Origin: a virus | Lineage: Duplodnaviria; Caudoviricetes | Direction: 5' to 3' (one strand) | Virus record (IMG/VR): IMGVR_UViG_3300043786_001086 | Length of the DNA: 64,000 bases | Shown here: one piece after another, positions 9,120 through 18,364 of the stretch | How positions within the stretch are numbered: position 1 is the first letter of the stretch | Layout of the letters: each line of letters opens with the position of its first letter | Made by a program: the position numbers and the translations under genes | The notes under the pieces: generated by a model | Database searches by the model: none | The model's input: only the letters and a program-made list of their open reading frames with translations | What the model was told of the DNA's origin: nothing

Positions 9120-10226
9120 TTAAGCAACTATGTTACCTGCAAATTGAACAGTAGAACCAAGTTTTGGTGCTGTAACAAAGTTGATTTGCGCAATGTTACC
9201 ACCTAATGCTGTAACAACTGTATAGTCGTCACCAGCACTTTGTAATAGACCATTTAAATATACAAATTCAGTATTTGCAACTAACTCATCGTCCAACGGG
9301 AAATCTTTATTTGTTCCGTTAACAACTCCTGTAGTTCCTACTTTACCAAAGTCCGAAGCATTGATGGCCGAAATTGCCGTTGACAAAGACTCATCGGCAG
9401 ATTGTCTTGTCGAAGCTTCAGTGGAAATCGCACTTGATAATGAATTATCGGCAGATAACCTTGTTGATGCTTCAGTTGAGATTTCAGTAGATAATGCAGT
9501 CGATAAAGAAGCGTCAGCAGAAGTTCTTGTAGAAGCTTCAGTAGAAATTGCAGTTGATAAAGACGCATCACCTGATACTCTTGAGGATGCTTCAGTAGAA
9601 ATTTCTGTAGATAAAGCAGTCGATAAAGAAGCGTCAGCAGAAGTTCTTGTAGAAGCTTCAGTAGAAATTGCAGTTGACAATGAAGTATCTGCAGAACCTC
9701 TTGTTACTTCTTCATTAGAAATTCTAGTTTCTAAAGATGCATCAGCAGAAGCGTTGTTAGAAATTGCAGTTGACAACGATGCGTCAGCAGAAGTTCTTGT
9801 AGAAGCTTCAGTAGAAATTGCAGTTGATAAAGACGCATCACCTGATACTCTTGAGGATGCTTCAGTAGAAATACCAGCATCAACGTAATCCTCCAATGAG
9901 TTATCCGCAGATGTTCTTGTAGAAGCTTCAGTAGACAATGCAGTAGACAATGACGCATCACCTGATACTCTTGAGGATGCTTCAGTAGAAATTTCTGTAG
10001 ATAATGCAGTTGATAATGAATTATCAGCAGACAATCTTGTTGACTCTTCTGTAGTTAAGTCAGTTTCTAATACCGTTAGAGCGCCATCAACCGCAGTAAC
10101 TGTAGGAGGAAACGCAGGATTTGAAAACGCGATATTTCCTGCGGTAATTCCCGATGGGTTTGTAATTGTTGGACTTGTAAGTAACAAGTCCGACTGTAAG
10201 TCTAAGACTATTTTTGTTGTAGCCAT
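9120..10226 (-). CDS. Putative trimeric coiled-coil fibre protein with SLST / ExxxRxxADxxL repeats and C-terminal beta domain
   Basis: Repeats such as STEASTRTSADASLSTA; C-terminal GVVNGTN..F.L......FVYLNGLLQ...DY...F..AP..GS module. Confidence 0.7.
   Translation of the reverse strand: MATTKIVLDLQSDLLLTSPTITNPSGITAGNIAFSNPAFPPTVTAVDGALTVLETDLTTEESTRLSADNSLSTALSTEISTEASSRVSGDASLSTALSTEASTRTSADNSLEDYVDAGISTEASSRVSGDASLSTAISTEASTRTSADASLSTAISNNASADASLETRISNEEVTRGSADTSLSTAISTEASTRTSADASLSTALSTEISTEASSRVSGDASLSTAISTEASTRTSADASLSTALSTEISTEASTRLSADNSLSSAISTEASTRQSADESLSTAISAINASDFGKVGTTGVVNGTNKDFPLDDELVANTEFVYLNGLLQSAGDDYTVVTALGGNIAQINFVTAPKLGSTVQFAGNIVA
9370..10055 (-). repeat. Imperfect coding tandem repeats, near-identical 45-100 nt blocks
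   Basis: Blocks such as gcgtcagcagaagttcttgtagaagcttcagtagaaattgcagttga and gacgcatcacctgatactcttgaggatgcttcagtagaaat recur several times. Confidence 0.9.
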
Positions 10227-10460
10227 TTGTAAAAATTAATTTTGACTATTAAATGATTTTTCTCACCATAAAAATCCAACTCAGATTTTACGTTTTTCTG
10301 ACACATACAAATTTTTACCCAAACAATATAATTTAAATTGTTTGCTTAATTTTTTTATTAATTTAAATAATTGGGATAAATAAAGATATTAATAATCGTC
10401 TTAAAAAAGACTTTGATTTACATATAAATATTTCATATTATCAAAAAAGAAAAAAAATTA

Positions 10461-10694
10461 TTATAAATTATATAATAAATTTTTTAAATTCTTAATTGAA
10501 TTTGTATATAAAAGCGGTTCACAAGAACCACCTTCATTTAAATAATCATTAACTTCTTTTTGAATCTCTTCCGTTTTGTCAAAAACAAAAATAGCCTTGT
10601 TTCTTTGTTTTTCAACAACCATTTTAAACCCCTTTAATTTTAAATATGCCCCTAAATAAAGATCACTTGTTGTATATCTTGTTTCTTGTTCCAT
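10461..10694 (-). CDS. Small DUF5659-like protein
   Basis: TSDLYLGAYLKLKGF...AIFVF pattern; own upstream ATAAATA motif at 10714-10720. Confidence 0.55.
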   Translation of the reverse strand: MEQETRYTTSDLYLGAYLKLKGFKMVVEKQRNKAIFVFDKTEEIQKEVNDYLNEGGSCEPLLYTNSIKNLKNLLYNL

Positions 10695-10762
10695 TACTGT
10701 TTTTTTTCTTTTTATAAATATGTCTATTTTTTTTGTTTTCTAAAGTTTATTACATAAATTTT

Positions 10763-11488
10763 TTAATTATATCTATATGAACATAATAAAATACTTCCTG
10801 TTGGAGGAGGAGTGTTAAATGTTATAATTTTTCCTGTTATTCTGTAATCAAACATATCACCTTCATCTTGTAATAAACCATTCAAATACAAGTGATCACT
10901 ACCTTCCACAGGAGTTAAGGATAATTCAAATACAGTATTGATTCCGTTAACAACACCCATCGGAACTTCATTATCGATAAAGTTAATTTCAGAGTAAGTT
11001 CTATATGATGCCAATAATCTACTGTTCGCAAATGGCGCAACATTAAACTCTATAGTTCTTCCATAAATTAAATAATCAGCATTTATACCCTCTTTTTGTA
11101 AAAGACCGTTATAATAAATGCTTTCAGAATTAAATTCGGGTGTATATCTTAATGTAAAAATCCTATTGACACCATCAACAGGATATAATACTTCTTTATC
11201 AACAAAATTTGGGTCACCACATTGAGCCGTACAATCAGACTTTAAAACTAAATCAGAATCGGTGATTCCGGTATAATACCAATACTCAACAACACCTTCG
11301 GTTGAACTAATGTATCGTCCTCCTGAAAATACAGTATCACCTGATAAAATACCGACAGTAAGACCTACAACACGAAAAGAAAGATTAATTACCGAGTTGG
11401 CTTCAGTGGTCGAGGTATAGGGTCCATATCTATTATCTAAGATCTTGGGGGCTAGTGGATTTAAATTATCATTAATTTGAATTGCCAT
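10763..11488 (-). CDS. Putative virion fibre/decoration protein with two copies of a small beta module
   Basis: N-terminal LDNRYGPY...R.VGLTVGI...EYWY domain seen in Bacteroidota phage fibres, then two V.G.N..F.L...YxNGLLQ..G..DY.I.G..I.FN..P repeats. Confidence 0.6.
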   Translation of the reverse strand: MAIQINDNLNPLAPKILDNRYGPYTSTTEANSVINLSFRVVGLTVGILSGDTVFSGGRYISSTEGVVEYWYYTGITDSDLVLKSDCTAQCGDPNFVDKEVLYPVDGVNRIFTLRYTPEFNSESIYYNGLLQKEGINADYLIYGRTIEFNVAPFANSRLLASYRTYSEINFIDNEVPMGVVNGINTVFELSLTPVEGSDHLYLNGLLQDEGDMFDYRITGKIITFNTPPPTGSILLCSYRYN

Positions 11489-11491
11489 GTC

Positions 11492-12988
11492 TTAGAATAA
11501 TCCGTTTCCTAGTGTTATTGTGTTTAGTGTTGTTGCGTAATTTCCTAAATAAATATAAAAACTAGCATTTGACCAATATCCCGATTCACTACTTACCAAA
11601 CCGATTACACCAGGATCAAATAAACTTGTGGTCGACATTAAACCTTTGTTATCCGCCGCCACATACCATTGTGATTTTGGACCATAGGTTGACAAATGAG
11701 CAAACCACAAAAATTCTGTAGTTGCGTTATATGTTATGTGTAAATTATCTTGGGCGCTTAACAATACTTTATTTGCGGTTCCGTTTGATATTGAATCTAT
11801 TACTGATTGGACCGTTGGTTCTATGTTCATTTTTCCATAGTAATATGGAAATATCCCTGTTATTGTTCTTGAAGACGAATCAAAGGAAGATGAACTTGAC
11901 TGAGGTGCATTTGTAGATCTAACTTGAAATGGTCGTGTATCATCAACTCCTTTATTTGTTTTTTTTACCAAACCACTCGAGTAATTACCCCTACCTTTAT
12001 ATGTTGTTGTTGAACTTGTAATACCTGTTGGTATAACATAACTTTCATTATAGGATACGCTAAAGGTATAATTTGGGTTATTTGGATCATTATATCCATA
12101 TTGACTTGGTAAATTTGTTGTAGTTGCTGACGTTGGTGTTGTTGTTGAAGTTAAAGAAGTCGCGTTGTTTCTTATAATTTCTAAAAATGTAAAATTTCCT
12201 GCATCATTTTTTGTTGCCGTTACAATCAAATTACTCACATAAGTTGTCCCAACTTCTACAGTTGAGTTTGAGTTGTTGATAGATATTGTTGGAATTGTAT
12301 ATGTTGGTTGTTGAGTTGGAAAAAACATATCGTCAAATATTTCAACTAATGTTTTTCCTGACAAACTTGAAACTGATGTTCCTGCCGGTAAACCCCCTAT
12401 TGTCTGAGCCATTTGTAAAGAAGGGTCTAATAATGTGTTATATTCTGTAAAAAGAATGCCATTATCAACACCCAAACCTGTGTTAGCAGACACGCTTACA
12501 GAACTCGTAAATCCTGAGATCTCAACACTAGATCCATAATTGTTTATTAATTCTAATGTTGATTCCCCTTGATTGTATGTTCCACCTGTAATATAAGTGT
12601 CCGTTAACCCCGTGATTGTAATTAGTTCTCCTGAACTTTTTGATAGAGTTAAAGTTTGAGATGAATAATCTACCGTCCCCCCTGTAATATTATTTATGGT
12701 AATTGCTGATTGAGGAATTGTGTATAAAAAAATCTCTTGCCAATCCGATATTGTAAAGTCCCAAACACAATCTTTTAATTTGAAATATCTACTTCCACCA
12801 TCAACACCTACGATCATACCCGATCTTCGTCGATCAAACGATACGTAATTAAGATCTGTTATGGAACTAACATTTCTTATACCATCGATTCCATATAAAG
12901 GATCGATTACGGCATATGTGTCTCTTGTGTCCATCGGCGAGATGAAACCCATAATTCCAACCCCACCGACACTACTAAAATCGGCCAT
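11492..12988 (-). CDS. Putative virion fibre protein, Ser/Thr-rich
   Basis: RRSGMIVGV N-domain, repeated ITGGT....TL.L motif, TIGGLPAGT..K.L.EIFD.MFFP..P module; high S/T/G content. Confidence 0.6.
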   Translation of the reverse strand: MADFSSVGGVGIMGFISPMDTRDTYAVIDPLYGIDGIRNVSSITDLNYVSFDRRRSGMIVGVDGGSRYFKLKDCVWDFTISDWQEIFLYTIPQSAITINNITGGTVDYSSQTLTLSKSSGELITITGLTDTYITGGTYNQGESTLELINNYGSSVEISGFTSSVSVSANTGLGVDNGILFTEYNTLLDPSLQMAQTIGGLPAGTSVSSLSGKTLVEIFDDMFFPTQQPTYTIPTISINNSNSTVEVGTTYVSNLIVTATKNDAGNFTFLEIIRNNATSLTSTTTPTSATTTNLPSQYGYNDPNNPNYTFSVSYNESYVIPTGITSSTTTYKGRGNYSSGLVKKTNKGVDDTRPFQVRSTNAPQSSSSSFDSSSRTITGIFPYYYGKMNIEPTVQSVIDSISNGTANKVLLSAQDNLHITYNATTEFLWFAHLSTYGPKSQWYVAADNKGLMSTTSLFDPGVIGLVSSESGYWSNASFYIYLGNYATTLNTITLGNGLF

Positions 12989-13014
12989 TTAATTTAGTCT
13001 ATATTCATAAAATA

Positions 13015-14490
13015 TTATACACATAACCACAAGTCAACCTCTGCGTGAGTTGAAACGTAGGTTCTATATACTTTATAAATAGTGGGATTACCAAAAATAT
13101 CAGGGATAATTACGTCGGGTCTAGAAATAATTGGAACAACGAATCCTGCACATCCTTCAGAACTATTTCTAATGATAGATGGTTGATTCATAAATGAAGG
13201 TATCAACAAATATCCATAACCACTTCCACTTACAATTGGAATGTGGATGTCAGTTGAATTAAAGGATTGAACGTTGTCTAATAAATTTTCTTGACCTTCA
13301 GTAAATGACGGAGTTTGAAGTTTTCCAAAATACAATGTTGGTGCAATTGCTGGTGAAGCTGTTGGAGTCGGTGTTAATGTTGGGGTAAATGTTGGTGTTA
13401 CAGATGGTGTGATAGAAGGTGTTGGTGTAATTGTTTGTGTTGGTGTAGTCGTTGGAGTTACGGTAGGTGTTATAGTTGGAGTTACAGTAGGTGTTGGTGT
13501 AGGTGTAAATGTTGGAGTTGCGGTAATTGTAACTGTTGGTGTTGTTGTTGGTGTAATAGTTACTGTTGGAGTTGGTGTTACCCCTATGGTTGGAGTTACG
13601 GTTGGTGTTACGGTTAAAGTCGGAGTTATAGATGGTGATGGTGTATTAGTTGTTGTAATTGTCGGAGTTGGGGTTACAGACGAACCTGGTGTTGGTGTAG
13701 GTGTTGGCGTAGGTGTGGTAGTTGGTGTTGGTGTTACGTCTGTCACAATTATCACATCAAACACGGCGCTTCCTGTATAACCTGATACTTCGGTATTTGT
13801 AACAATAACATCACCATCCAAATCGCTATAATTATGATCTATTATTGTTTCGCTATATCCGGTTGTTTGACCTGATTCTACTATTGTTGATTTTGGAACT
13901 GAAATATGTGTTCCATCTTGCATCATCAATATACATTCATAATCTACACATGTTTCGTAAGGTAAAGTTATGTTGTAATTTACGATTGATTGAACTATGA
14001 TTGAACCAGGAACCACATTTACATGAATTGTAACCACAAGATCTGTTGCGGATGGGCTTGGTGTCGGGAATGGAGTTATACATGGATTCCATGTTGGAGT
14101 CGGTGTTGGTGTTAAAGTTTTGGTCGGTGTTGGCGTCGGAGTCAGAGTCGATGTCGGTGTAGGACTAGGAATTTGACACGGATCAATTGTTGGTGTAGGA
14201 GTTGGTGTTGGCGTAGGTGTCTGTGTCGGAGTTTTTGTCGGAGTTATTGTTGGTGTCGGTGTTGGGGTTGGTCTAACAACATTTAAAAAATAAGGACAAT
14301 TGGACGAAACAGGTTTTATAGTATATGTTCCGTAGATTTCTCTTGCGGGTATTAGTAAATAAGGTTCGAATAAAAAAGGTAAAGTTATTTCACCAAAGTT
14401 TAAAACAACATTATCGTTGTCTGGTTTGAATAGGACTTCAGCCAATTCACCATCATAAAAAACACTATTGATTACTATACTTTGACTCAT
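13015..14490 (-). CDS. Mucin-like Pro-Thr-rich putative virion protein
   Basis: Two long (PT)n tracts separating three small globular domains. Confidence 0.75.
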   Translation of the reverse strand: MSQSIVINSVFYDGELAEVLFKPDNDNVVLNFGEITLPFLFEPYLLIPAREIYGTYTIKPVSSNCPYFLNVVRPTPTPTPTITPTKTPTQTPTPTPTPTPTIDPCQIPSPTPTSTLTPTPTPTKTLTPTPTPTWNPCITPFPTPSPSATDLVVTIHVNVVPGSIIVQSIVNYNITLPYETCVDYECILMMQDGTHISVPKSTIVESGQTTGYSETIIDHNYSDLDGDVIVTNTEVSGYTGSAVFDVIIVTDVTPTPTTTPTPTPTPTPGSSVTPTPTITTTNTPSPSITPTLTVTPTVTPTIGVTPTPTVTITPTTTPTVTITATPTFTPTPTPTVTPTITPTVTPTTTPTQTITPTPSITPSVTPTFTPTLTPTPTASPAIAPTLYFGKLQTPSFTEGQENLLDNVQSFNSTDIHIPIVSGSGYGYLLIPSFMNQPSIIRNSSEGCAGFVVPIISRPDVIIPDIFGNPTIYKVYRTYVSTHAEVDLWLCV

Positions 14491-16674
14491 CTACGTATTA
14501 ATTATTGTGTATGTAAAATCATTAGGAATACATACCGATGTGTCACATACAGGACAATCGGGATCAAACATATTAAAATTTGTTTTCACGATTTGGAAAT
14601 TATGTTTAACTTCGGGAGAAGACAACGGTTCGGTGTAAAATCTAAACTGTGAAATCGCACCATCAAAAGTTCCTGCAAAATTTTGTTCTAACAAAATGTG
14701 AGTTTTTAACTTATTCAACGTGGTCGCACTTAAAACATTCTCAGGAAAACATTCCGGGTCTTGTATGTAGTCCCCAACATTAAGAGAGGTGCAAGCCGAC
14801 AAAGTTAAATTTTCGTGAAGTCCTTGAGTTCCACCACCCCAAGACATGTTAAAAGGAACTCCAACTTGTTTTTCTTTATCGGTATCTAAAGCTCGTGGAA
14901 TGACTTCTTCAAAATTTTCCACAGTGTAAAAAATTCTACCGTTTATATAAATTTTCAAACGACCTAATCTAAATTTAGTTTCGTCCAACCAAGTTTGATT
15001 TAACTGAACAATCTCCACTTGACCAGGAATTTCATAACCATTTGTATATGGTGGTTGTATTAAACTAATTGAATTGTTAGCCAAACTTTGTAATAACTCG
15101 ACTCTCGTTATTTGATCCAAACCACCAAACCATCTTAAATCACAAAAATCTAAAAAAGTGTATCGTTCCCAAACCACATCAATTAAAAACCAATGTTCAA
15201 AGTCTAACCAAACAGGATTTACCTCTAAGCAATATGGGTAAATTGGTGGAGTGCAAATATCAACTATAGTATATCCTGTAACATAAGTTTGACCCGTTAT
15301 ACAAGACCCCGTTGTTTCACATTCACCGGTAATTTTAATTGCTCTAATACCAATACCAGGATTTTTTGGGTCACCACATAATCTAAATGAAATGTTATTT
15401 GACAAGTCATCCATTTTGGGATCTTTTTCACAAGTATCTTCTATTGAGTAAAATGTTGATGATGGTGTAGATGGAGGACATCCACAAGTATCACAACCAC
15501 AACTTGGGCAAGATGTGCAACAAGGTTTGGTTGGACAAGGTATAACATTTGATGGTGCATCGCATGGTGGTGTTGGACTTGGAGTTGGGGTAGGTGTTGG
15601 TGTTGGAATTGTTATTCCCGAACAAACATGAGGAAAACACATCCATCCACATTTCAAACAAGGATCTAAATTACATCCACAACCACAAGTTAATTGTCTT
15701 TCCACACTTCCATTACACAAATTACAACCATAATTGACATGTGGGTCGTATTCCTCACCAATTGGTCTTGGTGGATATACATAGATACATCTACTGTTTT
15801 CTACAGAATAATCACAACAAGCACATGTTTCTTCACAAGTTAAACCTGAAGTTACTCTAACATAATCTTTATCACATTTTGGTGATCCGTCGGCATAATG
15901 GTAAAATTTATTTTCAGCCCGATTACCCATATAAAAAAATGTGTTTTTGTTATTTGGGTAAATTTGATTTAAAGTGGTATAACCTGGTGGAGGAACAAAT
16001 TCGTCAGAAAATCTTGGTTTTAAAATCATTTCTACAGTCCACCCCTTATTCATTCTTTCGGGTAAAATGTCATAGTCATAACCAAACAACTTATAAAACC
16101 CTTGATAAAAACCACCATACAATTCAACATATCTACCTATCACAGGAGCAACTTTAGAAATCATTTGATATGTTGTATAATAAGGAACTCCTGAAAACTT
16201 ATGATTTGAAGGGACATTTGTTGTTGTTTGAAAAAACTTCATTCGTCTATCAAAATAAAGTCTTTGGAATTTTAACTGATCGCTAAATAAACCATTTGTA
16301 AAAACTATACTATCTCCTTTAATTTTTGAAACTAAACCATTATCAACACCTGTCAATCCAATATCACAAGAAGTGCTCGAGCTAAAACAACTTAAATTTA
16401 AATTTTCGGGTTGGTAATAAGTTTCTGAAACAATTATGTTATTGGGATTATAAATTCCATATGTTAAATTTAAGTTTTGTGTTGTGAGGGGACTATTTAA
16501 ATTAAGATTAATTGGTAATTTCCTTCCGTCATCCGCCCCAATAATAAAAGGAGAAAAAACAACTTCCTGATTGTAATCAACTTCATCAGACGCCAAAGAC
16601 ATGTCTTGCCCGTCATAAATAACTTGCAACTTTAACTTTGGGTAGTTATATTGATTTATATTTTGATACGACAT
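14491..16674 (-). CDS. Cys-rich putative virion protein with Pro-Thr linker and LamG/ConA-like fold elements
   Basis: GWTVEMIL and C-terminal GTFDGAISQFRFYTEPLS..EV..NF resemble LamG; more than 35 Cys; central PTPTPTPSPTPP. Confidence 0.6.
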   Translation of the reverse strand: MSYQNINQYNYPKLKLQVIYDGQDMSLASDEVDYNQEVVFSPFIIGADDGRKLPINLNLNSPLTTQNLNLTYGIYNPNNIIVSETYYQPENLNLSCFSSSTSCDIGLTGVDNGLVSKIKGDSIVFTNGLFSDQLKFQRLYFDRRMKFFQTTTNVPSNHKFSGVPYYTTYQMISKVAPVIGRYVELYGGFYQGFYKLFGYDYDILPERMNKGWTVEMILKPRFSDEFVPPPGYTTLNQIYPNNKNTFFYMGNRAENKFYHYADGSPKCDKDYVRVTSGLTCEETCACCDYSVENSRCIYVYPPRPIGEEYDPHVNYGCNLCNGSVERQLTCGCGCNLDPCLKCGWMCFPHVCSGITIPTPTPTPTPSPTPPCDAPSNVIPCPTKPCCTSCPSCGCDTCGCPPSTPSSTFYSIEDTCEKDPKMDDLSNNISFRLCGDPKNPGIGIRAIKITGECETTGSCITGQTYVTGYTIVDICTPPIYPYCLEVNPVWLDFEHWFLIDVVWERYTFLDFCDLRWFGGLDQITRVELLQSLANNSISLIQPPYTNGYEIPGQVEIVQLNQTWLDETKFRLGRLKIYINGRIFYTVENFEEVIPRALDTDKEKQVGVPFNMSWGGGTQGLHENLTLSACTSLNVGDYIQDPECFPENVLSATTLNKLKTHILLEQNFAGTFDGAISQFRFYTEPLSSPEVKHNFQIVKTNFNMFDPDCPVCDTSVCIPNDFTYTIINT

Positions 16675-16685
16675 CTGTTTTCCTT

Positions 16686-16712
16686 ATAAATACCGCAATT
16701 CGAAGTATTTAT
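16686..16712. promoter_or_regulatory. Back-to-back TATTTAT motifs serving divergent genes (putative phage late promoters)
   Basis: ATAAATA at 16686-16692 (for 16674 minus) and TATTTAT at 16706-16712 (for 16728 plus). Confidence 0.65.
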
Positions 16713-16727
16713 TAAGAAAATTCTAAC

Positions 16728-17618
16728 ATGATTAAACTTAACGAAGAGTATTTTCAAAGTCCTTACTATTTTTATCTAAAAGAAAAGGGAAATAAAATCA
16801 ATGTATATTTTGCTGTTGAGGAAACGATTACCGAATCAAGAAAAAATGACGAGGTTGTTGTTGTTGATAAAGAAGTTTTTAATGACATTCAAAAAGTTAT
16901 TTCTAGTATATTAAAATCAGGAAAAAAATTATCAAAAAAATACGTTCATAAATTATTGGACAATAAAGCAAAATCTAAACATGCACCCGACGGCGAAATA
17001 GGTGAACTTGTAAATCCAGATGGGTCTGTTATAGGGTCTAGTATTCCTATTTTAAATCAAAGAAATTTGGCGAAAAAAACTATGGACCAAACGGTTCGTA
17101 TGACAAAAGCAAATCAATTTCCTTTCATTCGTGTGTATTACGGTGAAGGTGAAGAAGTTGATGGGAAAATTTTGGATGAGGTTGATCAGTCCGAATCTTT
17201 TGGGTTTGAGGAAACTGAAGACGCTTCAACATATGATCAGGCAAATAAAATTATGAAAAAAATGGGTGTTGAAGATCCGTTTGAAAGAAATGAAAGATTA
17301 AAAAGATTAGGTTTTGATAGAAAATTGGATAAGGAGTTGAAAGGTGAGAAAAAAAGGGGCCAATGTAAAAATTGTTTTACCAAAAGAAGATTATCTGAAT
17401 TAGAGATTGAAAAAATGAGTAAAATGATTGACGAAATTCTAATATCCAAAAAAACAAAAGACAAAGAGATCGTAAAGAAAGAAAAACCTGAAAAAAAAGA
17501 AAATGATAATGTGATGTCTAAATTGTTGATTAGAAACATAGAGGCAATTAAAAAACTTGCCGAAAAAGAAAATATAGATATTAATAAGTTAATTAAACAT
17601 TTGAAACAAGGTGAATAG
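16728..17618 (+). CDS. Hypothetical protein, possible internal head protein
   Basis: 296-aa ORF with upstream motif; several L/I-x-E sites. Confidence 0.7.
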   Translation: MIKLNEEYFQSPYYFYLKEKGNKINVYFAVEETITESRKNDEVVVVDKEVFNDIQKVISSILKSGKKLSKKYVHKLLDNKAKSKHAPDGEIGELVNPDGSVIGSSIPILNQRNLAKKTMDQTVRMTKANQFPFIRVYYGEGEEVDGKILDEVDQSESFGFEETEDASTYDQANKIMKKMGVEDPFERNERLKRLGFDRKLDKELKGEKKRGQCKNCFTKRRLSELEIEKMSKMIDEILISKKTKDKEIVKKEKPEKKENDNVMSKLLIRNIEAIKKLAEKENIDINKLIKHLKQGE

Positions 17619-18078
17619 TCAGTTATACAATAAAACAATAGAATTACCAAAAGAAGTCAAAGAATATCTTCAGACTTGCTTTGATCATATACCTAACTCC
17701 GATTCTAATATGGAAGGTCATAATAGAAACGAAGAGTTAAGAAATTCTGGTTATGTAACTTATCAACAACTTGGGAGAATAAAAAATTGGTTTGATAATT
17801 ATGATGGTGACGGAACCGACGCTCCATATATTCTAAATGGTGCTGATTACATGAGAAATTGGGTAGAGTCAACCATTCAAGATTTACGAAAACAAACAAC
17901 AACACATCAATCGGTTGAAGAAATTAAACCCGAAGAGATTGACGTAAAATTTATAAAAGATTTAGGACCAATCGCTGATATGTTAAGACCATCAAAAGAA
18001 CATAGCACTTTTACACAAGATGTTAGAATTAAAGAAGACCTAGAAAGGATAAACCAAATAATGAAACAAATAATTTAA
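17611..18078 (+). CDS. Hypothetical protein
   Basis: 155-aa ORF, GTG start overlapping the previous stop. Confidence 0.7.
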   Translation: MNSQLYNKTIELPKEVKEYLQTCFDHIPNSDSNMEGHNRNEELRNSGYVTYQQLGRIKNWFDNYDGDGTDAPYILNGADYMRNWVESTIQDLRKQTTTHQSVEEIKPEEIDVKFIKDLGPIADMLRPSKEHSTFTQDVRIKEDLERINQIMKQII

Positions 18079-18079
18079 A

Positions 18080-18364
18080 ATGCAAACAGAAAGATTAGAT
18101 TTTAGTCAACCTGCAAATGACTTGACTGCAATTGCAGATTTGCAAAGAAAAAGTTTGATTGTGAAAAATGATTACAAAACACAAAATCCTTATTCATCAA
18201 CAAACCCAGATGCTTTATCAGATGGAGATGAGTCAGGAAAAGGGACAGGAATTTTTTTAGACACAATTAATGGAGGTTCGTCAATTGATATTGTTGAAAG
18301 AAAAAATGAGATCAAACAAAACGAATATCAACCAAACAAACCTTATACTACACCATCAGCATAA
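18080..18364 (+). CDS. Hypothetical protein
   Basis: 94-aa ORF tightly packed in operon. Confidence 0.7.
   Translation: MQTERLDFSQPANDLTAIADLQRKSLIVKNDYKTQNPYSSTNPDALSDGDESGKGTGIFLDTINGGSSIDIVERKNEIKQNEYQPNKPYTTPSA

Noticed and set aside
9361-9888. Plus-strand 175-aa ORF and other ORFs over the SLST repeats
   Set aside because: Antisense or alternate-frame shadows of a low-complexity coding repeat.
9370-10055. Possible CRISPR array
   Set aside because: Repeats are in-frame coding units of variable length without unique spacers, and no cas genes are nearby.
13409-13780. Val/Gly-rich plus-strand ORFs (also 52530..53117)
   Set aside because: Reverse complement of (Pro-Thr)n codons gives stop-free Gly-Val runs; not real genes.
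17237-17650. 137-aa minus-strand hydrophobic ORF (similarly 29397..29816, 37481..37891, 45051..45488, 49595..49921)
   Set aside because: Antisense to well-supported genes; Phe/Leu/Ser-rich composition is the expected mirror of Lys/Glu-rich sense codons.
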